Source: a candidate division WOR-3 bacterium (GTDB lineage: Bacteria > Hydrothermota > UBA3072 > B12-G15). Taken from it: DNA of 27,572 nucleotides. The notes beneath the pieces were generated by a model. It worked only from the letters and a program-made list of their open reading frames with translations, was not told the origin of the DNA and ran no database searches. The stretch lies in assembly GCA_965649055.1 (NCBI GenBank), contig CBFGJG010000027.1:1-27572 (forward strand), given 5' to 3'. Made by a program: the position numbers and the translations under genes. This document shows, piece after piece, positions 18,604 to 27,572 of this stretch; the first letter of the stretch is position 1, and every line of letters starts with the position of its first letter.

Positions 18604-21600
18604 ATGAAGAAATATATCTTCATAATATCTGGTGTTATTCTTTTTTTTATTATAATAGGTCTGATATTTGTCTTTCCAAAATCAAGGGAATATGTTTTAA
18701 GAGGTGTTGGTAAACCTGTTAAAGAAGAAATAAAGATTTCGTGTTTCTGCCAGCCAGTTGGTGAGTTGAATCTATTACCGAATTCATTCCTTATAACTTT
18801 TTCAGTAAAGTTTGAAGGTGTAGAAGGAATTATAATAGAAGAAGAAAGTTTAAAGAATTTTATTGAGATAAAACCTGAGGTAAGAGCATACGGGAAATGG
18901 CTTTCGGAAAGGAATTTTGAAGTTTATTTTAAAGAAGAGGTCCATCCTGACACAAAATATGAGATAAATATTAATAAAATTCCATTGTTTACAGGGGATA
19001 TAAAATTAAAGCAAACATTCTCATTTATTACACCTTCATTTGAAGTAATAAATATCTTCCAGAAGAGGTTTGATAAGAATAATGCAATTCTTCAGGTTGA
19101 GTTTAATTTTAATCTAAAGTCAATCTCAAAAAACTTCTTTGAAATATTTGATTCTGAGAATAAAAAAGTAGAAATAAAAGATATTTATTATCCTGATAGC
19201 AAAAGAAAAAATATTATTAATATATCTGTAAATGTTTCAAAAGCACCTGATAAATACAGGATTGTTGTAAAAAAAGGAATTAAGGGAATAACATCTGGGC
19301 TTAAAGAAACCGAACTCAATAAGGAATATGAACAGATTATCCCGGTTGGTTTTATAAAAGGTCCTGTTCTTTATAATTCTTATAAGATAGAAGAAGATGA
19401 AAAAAGAAATTATTTATCGATTGATTTTTCTTTCCCTAATGAAGAATATCCGGAAATAGATGATAGGGATATAGCTAAACTTGTTTTGATAGAACCGAAG
19501 ATAAAACTTGATGTTACAGCATCAGGTAAGAAGATTTATATTTTCGGGGATTTTATTCCTGAAAAGAAGTATAAAATAATTATAAAACCAGGTATTAAAA
19601 CAAAAGAGGGGAGTGTCCTTCTTGAAGAAGTTAAGATTGATGTTGAAATCCCAAAGCCCAAAGATAAATTAAGATTCCTGTATGAAGGTAGATATTTTGG
19701 TAAATCCGGAGACTGGAAGATACCTATAAAGGTAAGTGGTTTAAAAGATTTTAAAGTAAATGTATCTTACATACCACCTGAAAATGTTCTTTTCTGGCAT
19801 TCTGTCTCTTATGGTTCAAAATACAGTGTTTATGAGTATTCCGAAGATATCCTGAAAAATTATACTATAAAAATTGAAAATCCAGCGGTTGATAATATTA
19901 TATGGTTTGATTTAAAAGAGATAAAGGATTTTGGCAAACAGGGGCTCTATGTAATAAATATAAGTTCAGAAAAATCCTGGGATTTAAAAGATGATATCAG
20001 AATAGTTTTAACAGATATATCCCTGATAACAAAATGGTCTGAAAAATATGTTTATGTATGGGCTTTAAATTCCCAGACACTTGAACCTGTTCCAGATGTT
20101 GAGATAGAGGCAAAGACAAAAACAAATTTCTTGGTCGGAAAAGGTGTAACAGATAGGGAAGGTTTTTTAAAATTTGAAGTATTAAAAGAAGGCAGGGAAC
20201 CTTACATAATTTTTGGTAAAAAAGGTGAAGATTGGACCTATGCGTTAATACCTGTATTAAGAACACCAGTTGAAAAATTTGATATATCAGGTGAAGACCC
20301 TGAGGAAAAATACATTTGCACGATATATCCTGAAAGAGACCTTTATAGACCTGGAGAAGATGTGAATTTTGCAGTTCTTGTAAGGGAAAACAGGACTTAT
20401 AGAGGTGTTTCATTACCTGTAACTATCACTGTTACAGACCCAAAAGGCTCCAAATATGCAATACTTTCCGGTGAAACAGACAATAATGGTATTTTGAATT
20501 GTGGTTTTAAAACATTACCATCTTCTCCAACAGGGAAATACACCTTGAATCTTAAAATAGGTGATAAGGATTATTTTACTTATTCAATCTTTATTGAAAC
20601 ATTTGTCCCTGAAAGGATTTCATTAAATCTTGAAATGCCGGATAAAATAACAGGCAAAAAAATCCCTGTTTCAATTAAGGCAGATTATCTTTTTGGTGCG
20701 CCGGCTTCGGGTGAGAATTATGAGGGACAATATTTAATAAAAGAGATACCTTTTACATGTGAAGGGGATTATAAATTCGGTCCTGCTGAAAGATTTTATA
20801 AATCATTTACTTTTGAATTTCCTTCTATCAGTGGGAGACTTGATAATGAAGGTAAGGACATATTAAATGTAGATTTACCTGAAAACTTGAATAATGCAAA
20901 TCCTTTAAAAATATCAGTCCTTGTTTCTGTTGAGGAAGGTGGAAGTGGAAGAACAACATCGAAGTTGATTGAAAAAATATATCACACAAAACCATTTTAT
21001 ATTGGATTGAGAAGTTCAACATCAAGATTAATAAGAGGAAAGCCGGTTGAGATAAAAGGGATTTTGATGAATCCTGACTGTAATTTATATAAAAGGGATA
21101 CAAAATTAACATACAGGATTTATAAAGTTCTTTATTATTACAGTTACTATTACGATGAATACTATGATTATGATTACGATTATGATTACTGGGATAAAAG
21201 AATACAGATAATTCCTATAACAAAAGAAGAGATGATTATAGCAAAGGATGGCAAATTCAATTTTTCATTCGACGCACCTGATGGATATTCTGATATCCTT
21301 GTTGAGGTAAAAGATGATGAAAATCGAACAGTTTCACAAATTCTAATATACGGATGGGGATGGTGGTATGATGAAGATAAGGTCGAATCACCTGAATATC
21401 TTCCATTGAGGATTGATAAGGATTTCTATGATGAAGGTGAGGTTGTGAATGTTGAGGCATTACTTCCATTTGAAGGAAAAATATTATGGTCTGTTGAACT
21501 TGATTCAATATATATAAGAAGATTTGAAAATGTCCGGGGGGAAATAGCAAAATTCAGTTTCAGAGCACCTTCAAATGTATCTAATGTTTATGTATCCTGT

Positions 21601-23940
21601 TTGCTTTTCCGATCTTCAGAAAACTATCTCGTGAGCAGGGCATTCGGTTTAAGAAAAGTGAGGATTAGACCTTTGAAGATGATGCTTCCAATAGAGATAA
21701 GCACAAAAGATATAGTTAAACCTGGCGAAGAAATAACAATAAATATAAGTGCGAAAGAAAAATTCAAAGGAACGATATCAATAGTTGATGAAGGTATTTT
21801 GCAGATAACAAGGTTTAAAACACCGGATATATATGAAAATATACTAAGGGATAACAGATTGAATATAAGAACAGCAGAATCATTTGGATGGATAATAAAA
21901 AGATTTATGGAAAGAACGGGTGGCGGTTTCTTTATGAAAGAAGAGGAATTTCCACAACCAAGATTTACAAGGATTGTATCACACTGGAGTGGAATAATCG
22001 AGAGCGATAATAATGGGAACATGAGGTATAAATTCAAAGTCCCACAATACAATGGAAAGTTAAGAATAATGGTTGAAGGTTTAAACGAGACGAAATTAGG
22101 TTCGGGTGAGACTTATGTTATTGTGAAAAGCGATGTTGTGGTTCAGCCAACAATCCCAAGATTTGCATATACAAGCGATATATTTGAAATACCTGTTAAT
22201 TTTAAGAATACTACAGGTTTATATAAAGATGTAAGATTTTCAATCGATGTGAATAATGGGAAAGTTCTGGAAGGGATTAAAAGTTTCACTTTAAAACCAA
22301 ATGAAAATAAAACATTATTTTTTAAGATAAAAACAGGTGAAGATGCTGGGGATATGAGAATAAGCATACAATCTATTTCCAGTGAAGAAGAATTCAAAGA
22401 TGAATTCATCATCCCTGTATATCCTTCATTACCATATATAACAGAGGCAAAATATATTACAATTGAACCTAATAATAATATTCCATTAAATGAATATTTT
22501 AAGGATTTCTATCCTAAGGCACACAATTCTATAATAACACTATCAACCCTACCCGGTATAACAAGGCTTAACAAACTGAAATATGCAGTTAATTATCCGT
22601 ATGGTTGCATTGAACAGACTTCCACTTCAACATTGCTACTTTTAAGAATGAAACCTTTTCTAAACGCCGTTACAGATATTGACGAACAGAAATATATAGA
22701 TATGGTCAATCGAGGTATTGGAAGGATTATATCAATGCAAACAATATCAGGTGGATTTTCATTCTGGCCGGGTTATGAATGGACTGATAAATGGGCTTCT
22801 TCTTATGCAACATTCGTTTTACTTGAGGCAAGGGATGCAGGATTCCCGGTTTCTAATTCATCAATAAATGCTGCATTAAATTATCTCGATGAATTACAGG
22901 ATAAACACGGATTTACATATTATGTCCTTGCAAAAGGTGGAAAATTAAAAAGAGAAATGGTTGATAGACTGATATCACTTGCAAAGAATAATAAATTCAG
23001 TTCCTATAACCTTTTATGGATTGCAGGGGTAATGTTCGAAACAGGGAAAAGGGATTATGCTAATGAATTCCTTGAAGATGTATTAAAAAGAGAAGAAGAG
23101 AATACAAGGAGACTTGAAGGTGATTTCTATAGTCCTTTATTAATGAAGGCAATAAAATTATATTTCCTTGAAAAAATAAATCCACAATCAAACTATAATG
23201 AAAAACTGGTTATAGAAATTATGGATGAACTTAGTAAAAAGGAAAGTTATTATTATACAACACAGGAAATAGCATGGTCTTCACTCGCATTAGGACTTTA
23301 TGCATCAAGGATTAAGACAGAAGATGTAAAACCTGTTCTTAAAGTTGACGGAAAGAGGATAACCCCAATAACATCAAAGAATATATATTCATTTAAACTG
23401 TTTAATCCTTCAAAAAGTGATGTGAGGCTGGATATCTCTGGGAAAAACAAAATATTTGTATGTATTGAAAACACAGGATTTTCAAAAGAATTAAAGGATT
23501 TCAAACCATATTCACATGGTATTTCATTAGAAAGGAATATTTACGATTACAATGGGAATAGAAAGAATACTGCAACCGTCAGTGAAATTTTAGTATTTGA
23601 AGTTATAATAAATTCAGATGCTTATTACAAAAATGCTGCAATAGAAATTCAATTTCCTGCTGGTATAGAAATAGAAAATCCGAGGTTGAAAACCGAGATC
23701 CTTCCAAATTGGGTTAAATATAAAAATAAAAAAATCTTTGAACCTGAGTATATTGATGTGAGGGATGATAGGGTTATTATTTTTGGTTCAGTTTCAGCTC
23801 AGCCTCAATCTTTTTATGTTATTGCAAGGGCTGTGACAGCAGGCGAATTTTTCCTTCCACCTACAAAAGGTGTTGTTATGTATGACCCTGAAAAACATGC
23901 AAATACCGAAAGTGGTTCTTTTAAAGTTATTAAGAAATAA
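18604..23940 (+). CDS. bacterial alpha-2-macroglobulin (YfhM-like)
   Basis: SD AGGAGG 18593-18598. ERDLYRPGE, FVPER, YLFGAPA, VDEGILQIT, thioester motif YPYGCIEQ (Cys codon 22606), GGFSFWPG, YTTQE, DVRDDRV, MYDP. Adjacent to pbpC. Confidence 0.93.
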   Translation: MKKYIFIISGVILFFIIIGLIFVFPKSREYVLRGVGKPVKEEIKISCFCQPVGELNLLPNSFLITFSVKFEGVEGIIIEEESLKNFIEIKPEVRAYGKWLSERNFEVYFKEEVHPDTKYEININKIPLFTGDIKLKQTFSFITPSFEVINIFQKRFDKNNAILQVEFNFNLKSISKNFFEIFDSENKKVEIKDIYYPDSKRKNIINISVNVSKAPDKYRIVVKKGIKGITSGLKETELNKEYEQIIPVGFIKGPVLYNSYKIEEDEKRNYLSIDFSFPNEEYPEIDDRDIAKLVLIEPKIKLDVTASGKKIYIFGDFIPEKKYKIIIKPGIKTKEGSVLLEEVKIDVEIPKPKDKLRFLYEGRYFGKSGDWKIPIKVSGLKDFKVNVSYIPPENVLFWHSVSYGSKYSVYEYSEDILKNYTIKIENPAVDNIIWFDLKEIKDFGKQGLYVINISSEKSWDLKDDIRIVLTDISLITKWSEKYVYVWALNSQTLEPVPDVEIEAKTKTNFLVGKGVTDREGFLKFEVLKEGREPYIIFGKKGEDWTYALIPVLRTPVEKFDISGEDPEEKYICTIYPERDLYRPGEDVNFAVLVRENRTYRGVSLPVTITVTDPKGSKYAILSGETDNNGILNCGFKTLPSSPTGKYTLNLKIGDKDYFTYSIFIETFVPERISLNLEMPDKITGKKIPVSIKADYLFGAPASGENYEGQYLIKEIPFTCEGDYKFGPAERFYKSFTFEFPSISGRLDNEGKDILNVDLPENLNNANPLKISVLVSVEEGGSGRTTSKLIEKIYHTKPFYIGLRSSTSRLIRGKPVEIKGILMNPDCNLYKRDTKLTYRIYKVLYYYSYYYDEYYDYDYDYDYWDKRIQIIPITKEEMIIAKDGKFNFSFDAPDGYSDILVEVKDDENRTVSQILIYGWGWWYDEDKVESPEYLPLRIDKDFYDEGEVVNVEALLPFEGKILWSVELDSIYIRRFENVRGEIAKFSFRAPSNVSNVYVSCLLFRSSENYLVSRAFGLRKVRIRPLKMMLPIEISTKDIVKPGEEITINISAKEKFKGTISIVDEGILQITRFKTPDIYENILRDNRLNIRTAESFGWIIKRFMERTGGGFFMKEEEFPQPRFTRIVSHWSGIIESDNNGNMRYKFKVPQYNGKLRIMVEGLNETKLGSGETYVIVKSDVVVQPTIPRFAYTSDIFEIPVNFKNTTGLYKDVRFSIDVNNGKVLEGIKSFTLKPNENKTLFFKIKTGEDAGDMRISIQSISSEEEFKDEFIIPVYPSLPYITEAKYITIEPNNNIPLNEYFKDFYPKAHNSIITLSTLPGITRLNKLKYAVNYPYGCIEQTSTSTLLLLRMKPFLNAVTDIDEQKYIDMVNRGIGRIISMQTISGGFSFWPGYEWTDKWASSYATFVLLEARDAGFPVSNSSINAALNYLDELQDKHGFTYYVLAKGGKLKREMVDRLISLAKNNKFSSYNLLWIAGVMFETGKRDYANEFLEDVLKREEENTRRLEGDFYSPLLMKAIKLYFLEKINPQSNYNEKLVIEIMDELSKKESYYYTTQEIAWSSLALGLYASRIKTEDVKPVLKVDGKRITPITSKNIYSFKLFNPSKSDVRLDISGKNKIFVCIENTGFSKELKDFKPYSHGISLERNIYDYNGNRKNTATVSEILVFEVIINSDAYYKNAAIEIQFPAGIEIENPRLKTEILPNWVKYKNKKIFEPEYIDVRDDRVIIFGSVSAQPQSFYVIARAVTAGEFFLPPTKGVVMYDPEKHANTESGSFKVIKK
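21133..21192 (+). repeat. low-complexity (TAYGAT)n tract encoding YYYSYYYDEYYDYDYDYDYW within the alpha-2-macroglobulin
   Basis: Imperfect hexamer tandem tatgat-tatgat-tacgat-tatgat-tac, read directly. Confidence 0.8.
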
Positions 23941-26191
23941 GCTTTTAATTTTTATCCTTTTATTTATAATAATTGTTTATGCTATTCCATTACCTGAAAA
24001 ATTAAGATTTTCCAAATCCAGGATTGTCAGGTTCAATGATAATTCTGTTATGCGTGTTTATGTTTCTTCCGATGAGAAATACAGGATATATTTGCCACTT
24101 GAAGAGATTGATAAAAGGCTTATAAAATCAACAATAACTTATGAAGATAGATTTTTCTATTATCATTTCGGAATAAATCCTGTATCGATTTTAAGGGCGT
24201 TATATTTAAACTTAAAGGAAAGAAAAATAGTCTCCGGTGGTTCAACAATCACTATGCAACTTGCGAGGATACTTGAACCTAAGAAAAGAAATATAATTTC
24301 AAAATTAATTGAAATATTCAGGGCAATCCAATTTGAGGTGAGACTGGGAAAAAGAAGGATACTTGAATTATATCTGAACCTTGCACCTTATGGCGGTAAT
24401 GTTGAAGGGGTTGCATCTGCTTCCCTTGGATATTTTGGAAAACTCCCTTATGAACTGACACCAGCCGAGATTGCATTCATTGTATCGTTACCGCAATCAC
24501 CAACATTGAGAAGGCCTGGTGGTCTTGTTCCACCAGAGTATGGAAGAAACAGGGTTTTAAAAAAGATGTTGAAATATAAAATAATAAATGAAAAAGAATT
24601 TAAAATAGCTATAGGGTCATCCACACCATCGGGATTTAAACCCTTTCCTTTTTATGCACCCCATGCTGCTGATTATTTAATATTAAAATATCCTGATAAG
24701 AACGATATCAAAAGCAGCATAGATAGAGATATACAATTAAAGATAGAGAATATCGCAAATGCTTATAGAAGAAAGATAGGATACAATGGGGCAAAGGATA
24801 TGAGCATTGTCGTTGTTGAGAATAAATCAGGTAAGGTAAGGGGATTGTTTGGTTCTTTTGATTATTTTGACACACTGACTGGTAAAGTTATCGGATTTAA
24901 TTCCTTAAGGTCTCCAGGTTCTCTGTTAAAGCCATTTTTATACATAAAGTGTATTGAAGAAGGATTGATTACAAAAGAAATGCTTATCGAAGATGTTCCA
25001 TATAAATTCAGGGAATACTCTCCTTTAAATTTTAATAAGACATTCAGCGGTCTTGTAAAAGCTGAGGATGCATTATCACAATCTTTAAATGTTCCATTTG
25101 TAATAATGCTTAAAAAATACGGTTATGATAATTTTATTGGATTATTAAAGGAAACAGGGATAAAACCAGACAGATACATCGGATTACCTATAATCATTGG
25201 TGGTATGGAGGTGAGTTTATTATATATAACAAATTTATATGCTTCTCTTTCAAGGGGTGGTGTATTCTTCGATTATTCGATTCTTGAAGATGATACAATA
25301 AAAAATGTAAAGAAGTTATTTAATCCTTCTGCTGTTTTATTGTGCCTTGATGCATTGAAGAAAAGGAAAAGGCCTGATGCACCAAACATTTCAAAGTTTA
25401 TCCTTCCCAAAGGTGATATTTATTGGAAGACAGGAACATCTATGAAAAGAAAGGATGCCTGGAGTGTTGGTTTCAAGAATAAATATACAGTTGGTGTATG
25501 GGTTGGAAATTTTACAGGTGAAGGGAGTGATAGTATCATAGGTTCAATACTTGCAGCACCAGTAATGTTTGATATTATTGGCGCAATTGATAATGATGAA
25601 GGACTTGAATGGATTGATTTTGCAGAATCAGGGATAGAGAGTGTGGAAGTATGTGAATTTTCAGGTTATAGACCGAATGATAATTGTCCTGTAAGGAAGA
25701 TGGTAGCAATTTTAAGAAATTCTTATCCAATTGCTCCCTGCCCTTATCATAAAAAATTTCTTATAGAAAAGAAAACGGGTTTTAGAATTTGTCCGGATAA
25801 AGGTTATAAAAAAAATGAAGTTACAGAGAAGGTATTTATAATACTTCCGCCACTTGTTCAAGATGTAGTTGGTTATGGGAAAGAGCCAAAATTCCCTAAG
25901 GATTGTAATAGAATGGATGAAAGAAATTATTTAGTAATTTTACAGCCGGTAAATGGTGCAACTTATATAATACCAAAAGGTGTTAAAAATACAGAATTTA
26001 TTCCATTACAGGGATATACATCTTCAAAAGGAGGGAATATCCATTGGTTTGTGAATGGTAAATATATTGGTAAATCCTTGTCTGGTGAGATTATTAACAT
26101 TTATAGTGATGATGGAACACTTGAAATCTTTGCACAGGATGACAATGGGAACAGGAATAAGGTAAAAATATTTGTTAGGTTAGAAAGATGA
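23870..26191 (+). CDS. pbpC: penicillin-binding protein 1C (transglycosylase/transpeptidase); start uncertain (alternatives ATG 23882, ATG 23897, GTG 23912)
   Basis: Transglycosylase motifs EDRFFYYHFG, GGSTITMQLAR, LYLN, YGGNVEG. Transpeptidase SxxK (SLLK), SxN (SLN), KTG. Cys-rich segment and C-terminal HWFVNG domain. Overlaps the end of the macroglobulin gene. Confidence 0.92.
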   Translation: MLLCMTLKNMQIPKVVLLKLLRNKLLIFILLFIIIVYAIPLPEKLRFSKSRIVRFNDNSVMRVYVSSDEKYRIYLPLEEIDKRLIKSTITYEDRFFYYHFGINPVSILRALYLNLKERKIVSGGSTITMQLARILEPKKRNIISKLIEIFRAIQFEVRLGKRRILELYLNLAPYGGNVEGVASASLGYFGKLPYELTPAEIAFIVSLPQSPTLRRPGGLVPPEYGRNRVLKKMLKYKIINEKEFKIAIGSSTPSGFKPFPFYAPHAADYLILKYPDKNDIKSSIDRDIQLKIENIANAYRRKIGYNGAKDMSIVVVENKSGKVRGLFGSFDYFDTLTGKVIGFNSLRSPGSLLKPFLYIKCIEEGLITKEMLIEDVPYKFREYSPLNFNKTFSGLVKAEDALSQSLNVPFVIMLKKYGYDNFIGLLKETGIKPDRYIGLPIIIGGMEVSLLYITNLYASLSRGGVFFDYSILEDDTIKNVKKLFNPSAVLLCLDALKKRKRPDAPNISKFILPKGDIYWKTGTSMKRKDAWSVGFKNKYTVGVWVGNFTGEGSDSIIGSILAAPVMFDIIGAIDNDEGLEWIDFAESGIESVEVCEFSGYRPNDNCPVRKMVAILRNSYPIAPCPYHKKFLIEKKTGFRICPDKGYKKNEVTEKVFIILPPLVQDVVGYGKEPKFPKDCNRMDERNYLVILQPVNGATYIIPKGVKNTEFIPLQGYTSSKGGNIHWFVNGKYIGKSLSGEIINIYSDDGTLEIFAQDDNGNRNKVKIFVRLER

Positions 26192-26223
26192 AAGAGAATT
26201 TCAAAAAATTCTTTTTCTTCTTC
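26190..26223 (+). terminator. possible intrinsic terminator after pbpC
   Basis: GAAAGAGAATTT-caaa-AAATTCTTTTTC, a 12 bp stem with one G-U pair, followed by ttcttc. AU-rich and weak. Confidence 0.4.
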
Positions 26224-26279
26224 ATTAGATACAAGTTAAATACTATATTTTGCTAAACTTTCTAATTTTTAAAAAAGTC

Positions 26280-26335
26280 TTCACAAATTAAAAAAAAGTA
26301 ATATATAATTAAATTAAGTTAAGATAGATTATCTT
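26280..26335 (+). promoter_or_regulatory. candidate promoter with downstream palindrome
   Basis: TTCACA 26280-26285, 18 bp, TATAAT 26304-26309. AAGATA-gat-TATCTT at 26321-26335. Confidence 0.4.
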
Positions 26336-26401
26336 CTATGAAATTGAATGGCAATTCTTAACTTGGTGCAATTTATTCTCCAAATCAAAAGGGGGTTTGG
26401 T

Positions 26402-27490
26402 ATGGGAAGTATTAAAAATTTGTTTATTATTTTATGTTTGTTTTTATCATTAAGTATAAAGTCAGAAACCTATGTTGGCGGAGATATAACGGTGAATACT
26501 ACTTGGACACTTGCGGGTAGTCCTTATATTGTAATAAGCGATATTTTCATTAGATCAGGTGCAAGACTAACAATAGAGCCTGGGGTTGTTGTAAAGTTCA
26601 ATACAAATGCAGGGATGTATATAGCAACAGGCGCTTATGCAGGTTATCTTACAGCTGTAGGGACAGAGACAGATACGATAATTTTCACGAGTTATTCAGG
26701 TAATAGTAATGATTGGAAAGGACTGATTTTTAGCGGATATTGTGATTGGGAGGCTTGTTCTCTAAAGTATTGTAAGGTGGAGAAAGCAGGACAGAATAAT
26801 GGGACAACGAGGGCGAACATAACTGTGATAGAGAATACAGGTTCTAACGCACTCACAATAGAGAATTGTTTAATAATGAATAGTGGTGTATATGGTATAT
26901 ATAACCAAATTTCTACACCAAGAATATACAGTTCGGCAATTATAAATAATACAAGTTATGGTGTATATAATAATTCAAATGCACCTATTATAATAGGTGA
27001 TAGCCCTTCTTTAAGCTGTGATTTATATGGAAATGGGACATATGAGATATATAACAATTCTTCGTCAATTGTTAATGCAAGATATAACTTCTGGGGAACA
27101 GTTGATACATCTATAATAGACACAAAGATATACGATAACTTCGATAATGCATCAAAAGGTATTGTTTATTATATGCCGATAAATGATTTAAAAGTGTTAA
27201 TCCTTGAGCCTTTCGAGAACTCATATATATCAAATACAAGTGTTAATTTTTTATGGACAAAAGCATCAGTCTCAGATCCTGCAAGTTATGTTCTCCAGTT
27301 AGATACAACGAATTTGTTTAATGAACCTGTATATGTGGATACAATTGCTGATACAACAATAACAATGGCACTTAATGAATTAAGATATTACTGGAGGGTG
27401 AAGGCATTTAGACCAGGAGAAGAAGGTCCATACACAATGAGTTATTTTACAATAGATACGACACCACCTACGATAGGCACTTGTCAATAA
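26402..27490 (+). pseudogene. secreted parallel beta-helix / Ig-like surface protein, apparently truncated by an IS insertion after base 27475
   Basis: Start moved to ATG 26402 (AAGGGGG upstream, signal peptide follows). TTWTLAGSPYIV, LTIEPGVVVKF, WKGL, NARYNFWG; FN3/Ig-like unit YYWRVKA...IDTTPPTI. The last codons (GTCQ*) come from the inverted repeat of the element. Confidence 0.7.
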
Positions 27491-27572
27491 TTTTGTGTAA
27501 GTGCATGGTTATTTTTCTCCTTTTCCATTGTTCAAATTTCATCGTCTTTTTCAAATCTTTCTTGAAACATTT
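27476..27572 (-). mobile_element. end of an IS256-family-like insertion sequence (partial, runs off the window)
   Basis: GGCACTTGTCAATAATTTTGTGTAA (27476-27500) resembles IS256-family terminal inverted repeats (G..TGTC....TTTGTGTAA). The minus strand carries ...MFQERFEKDDEI* (27570-27532), a plausible transposase C-terminus. Only 97 bp are visible. Confidence 0.68.

Noticed and set aside
836..23504. Short alternative-frame and antisense ORFs in the track (e.g. 836-1093, 9127-9414, 10029-10424, 19997-20413, 21624-22052)
   Set aside because: All lie inside long motif-supported genes, with no recognisable domains. They are most likely shadow ORFs.
26348..26401. Upstream ATG for the last ORF
   Set aside because: The SD-like AAGGGGG and the signal peptide fit ATG 26402 better.
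27459..27522. Outward-facing TTGACA (minus strand, 27487-27482) and AAGGAG-N10-ATG mini-ORF at the IS end
   Set aside because: There is no -10 box at the right spacing in the flank, and the ORF (MHLHKIIDKCLS*) is only 12 codons.
1..27572. CRISPR arrays, tRNA/rRNA, riboswitches, anti-phage caspase system
   Set aside because: No regularly spaced repeats or structured GC-rich intergenic segments were seen, and intergenic gaps are short. The caspase is exported and has no recognisable gasdermin, NLR, TIR or cyclase neighbours.

Overview
AT-rich bacterial window in which all 13 well-supported genes lie on the + strand, dominated by cell-envelope and secreted proteins. In order: a large gingipain-like C25 cysteine peptidase with a T9SS-type C-terminal domain (CTD); a lipoprotein caspase-family (C14) peptidase preceded by a cluster of TGCA-N4-TGCA palindromes; a translationally coupled five-gene LolA-like / beta-barrel / ABC ATPase / two-permease operon; two more CTD-bearing secreted proteins (an FG-GAP/adhesin-like protein and a purple-acid-phosphatase-like enzyme); a GT-C-like TPR membrane protein; a probably leaderless GAF/HD-GYP phosphodiesterase; an alpha-2-macroglobulin (CIEQ thioester motif)-PBP1C pair; and a beta-helix surface protein apparently truncated by an IS256-like element at the right edge. 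Gene content suggests a diderm FCB-related lineage such as WOR-3, which is inference only. The most notable points are very short, uncharged N-terminal export signals on several exported proteins, the exported caspase with its operator-like array, and the IS-disrupted last gene. No RNA genes or CRISPR arrays were seen. All domain calls come from motif recognition by eye, not database searches.
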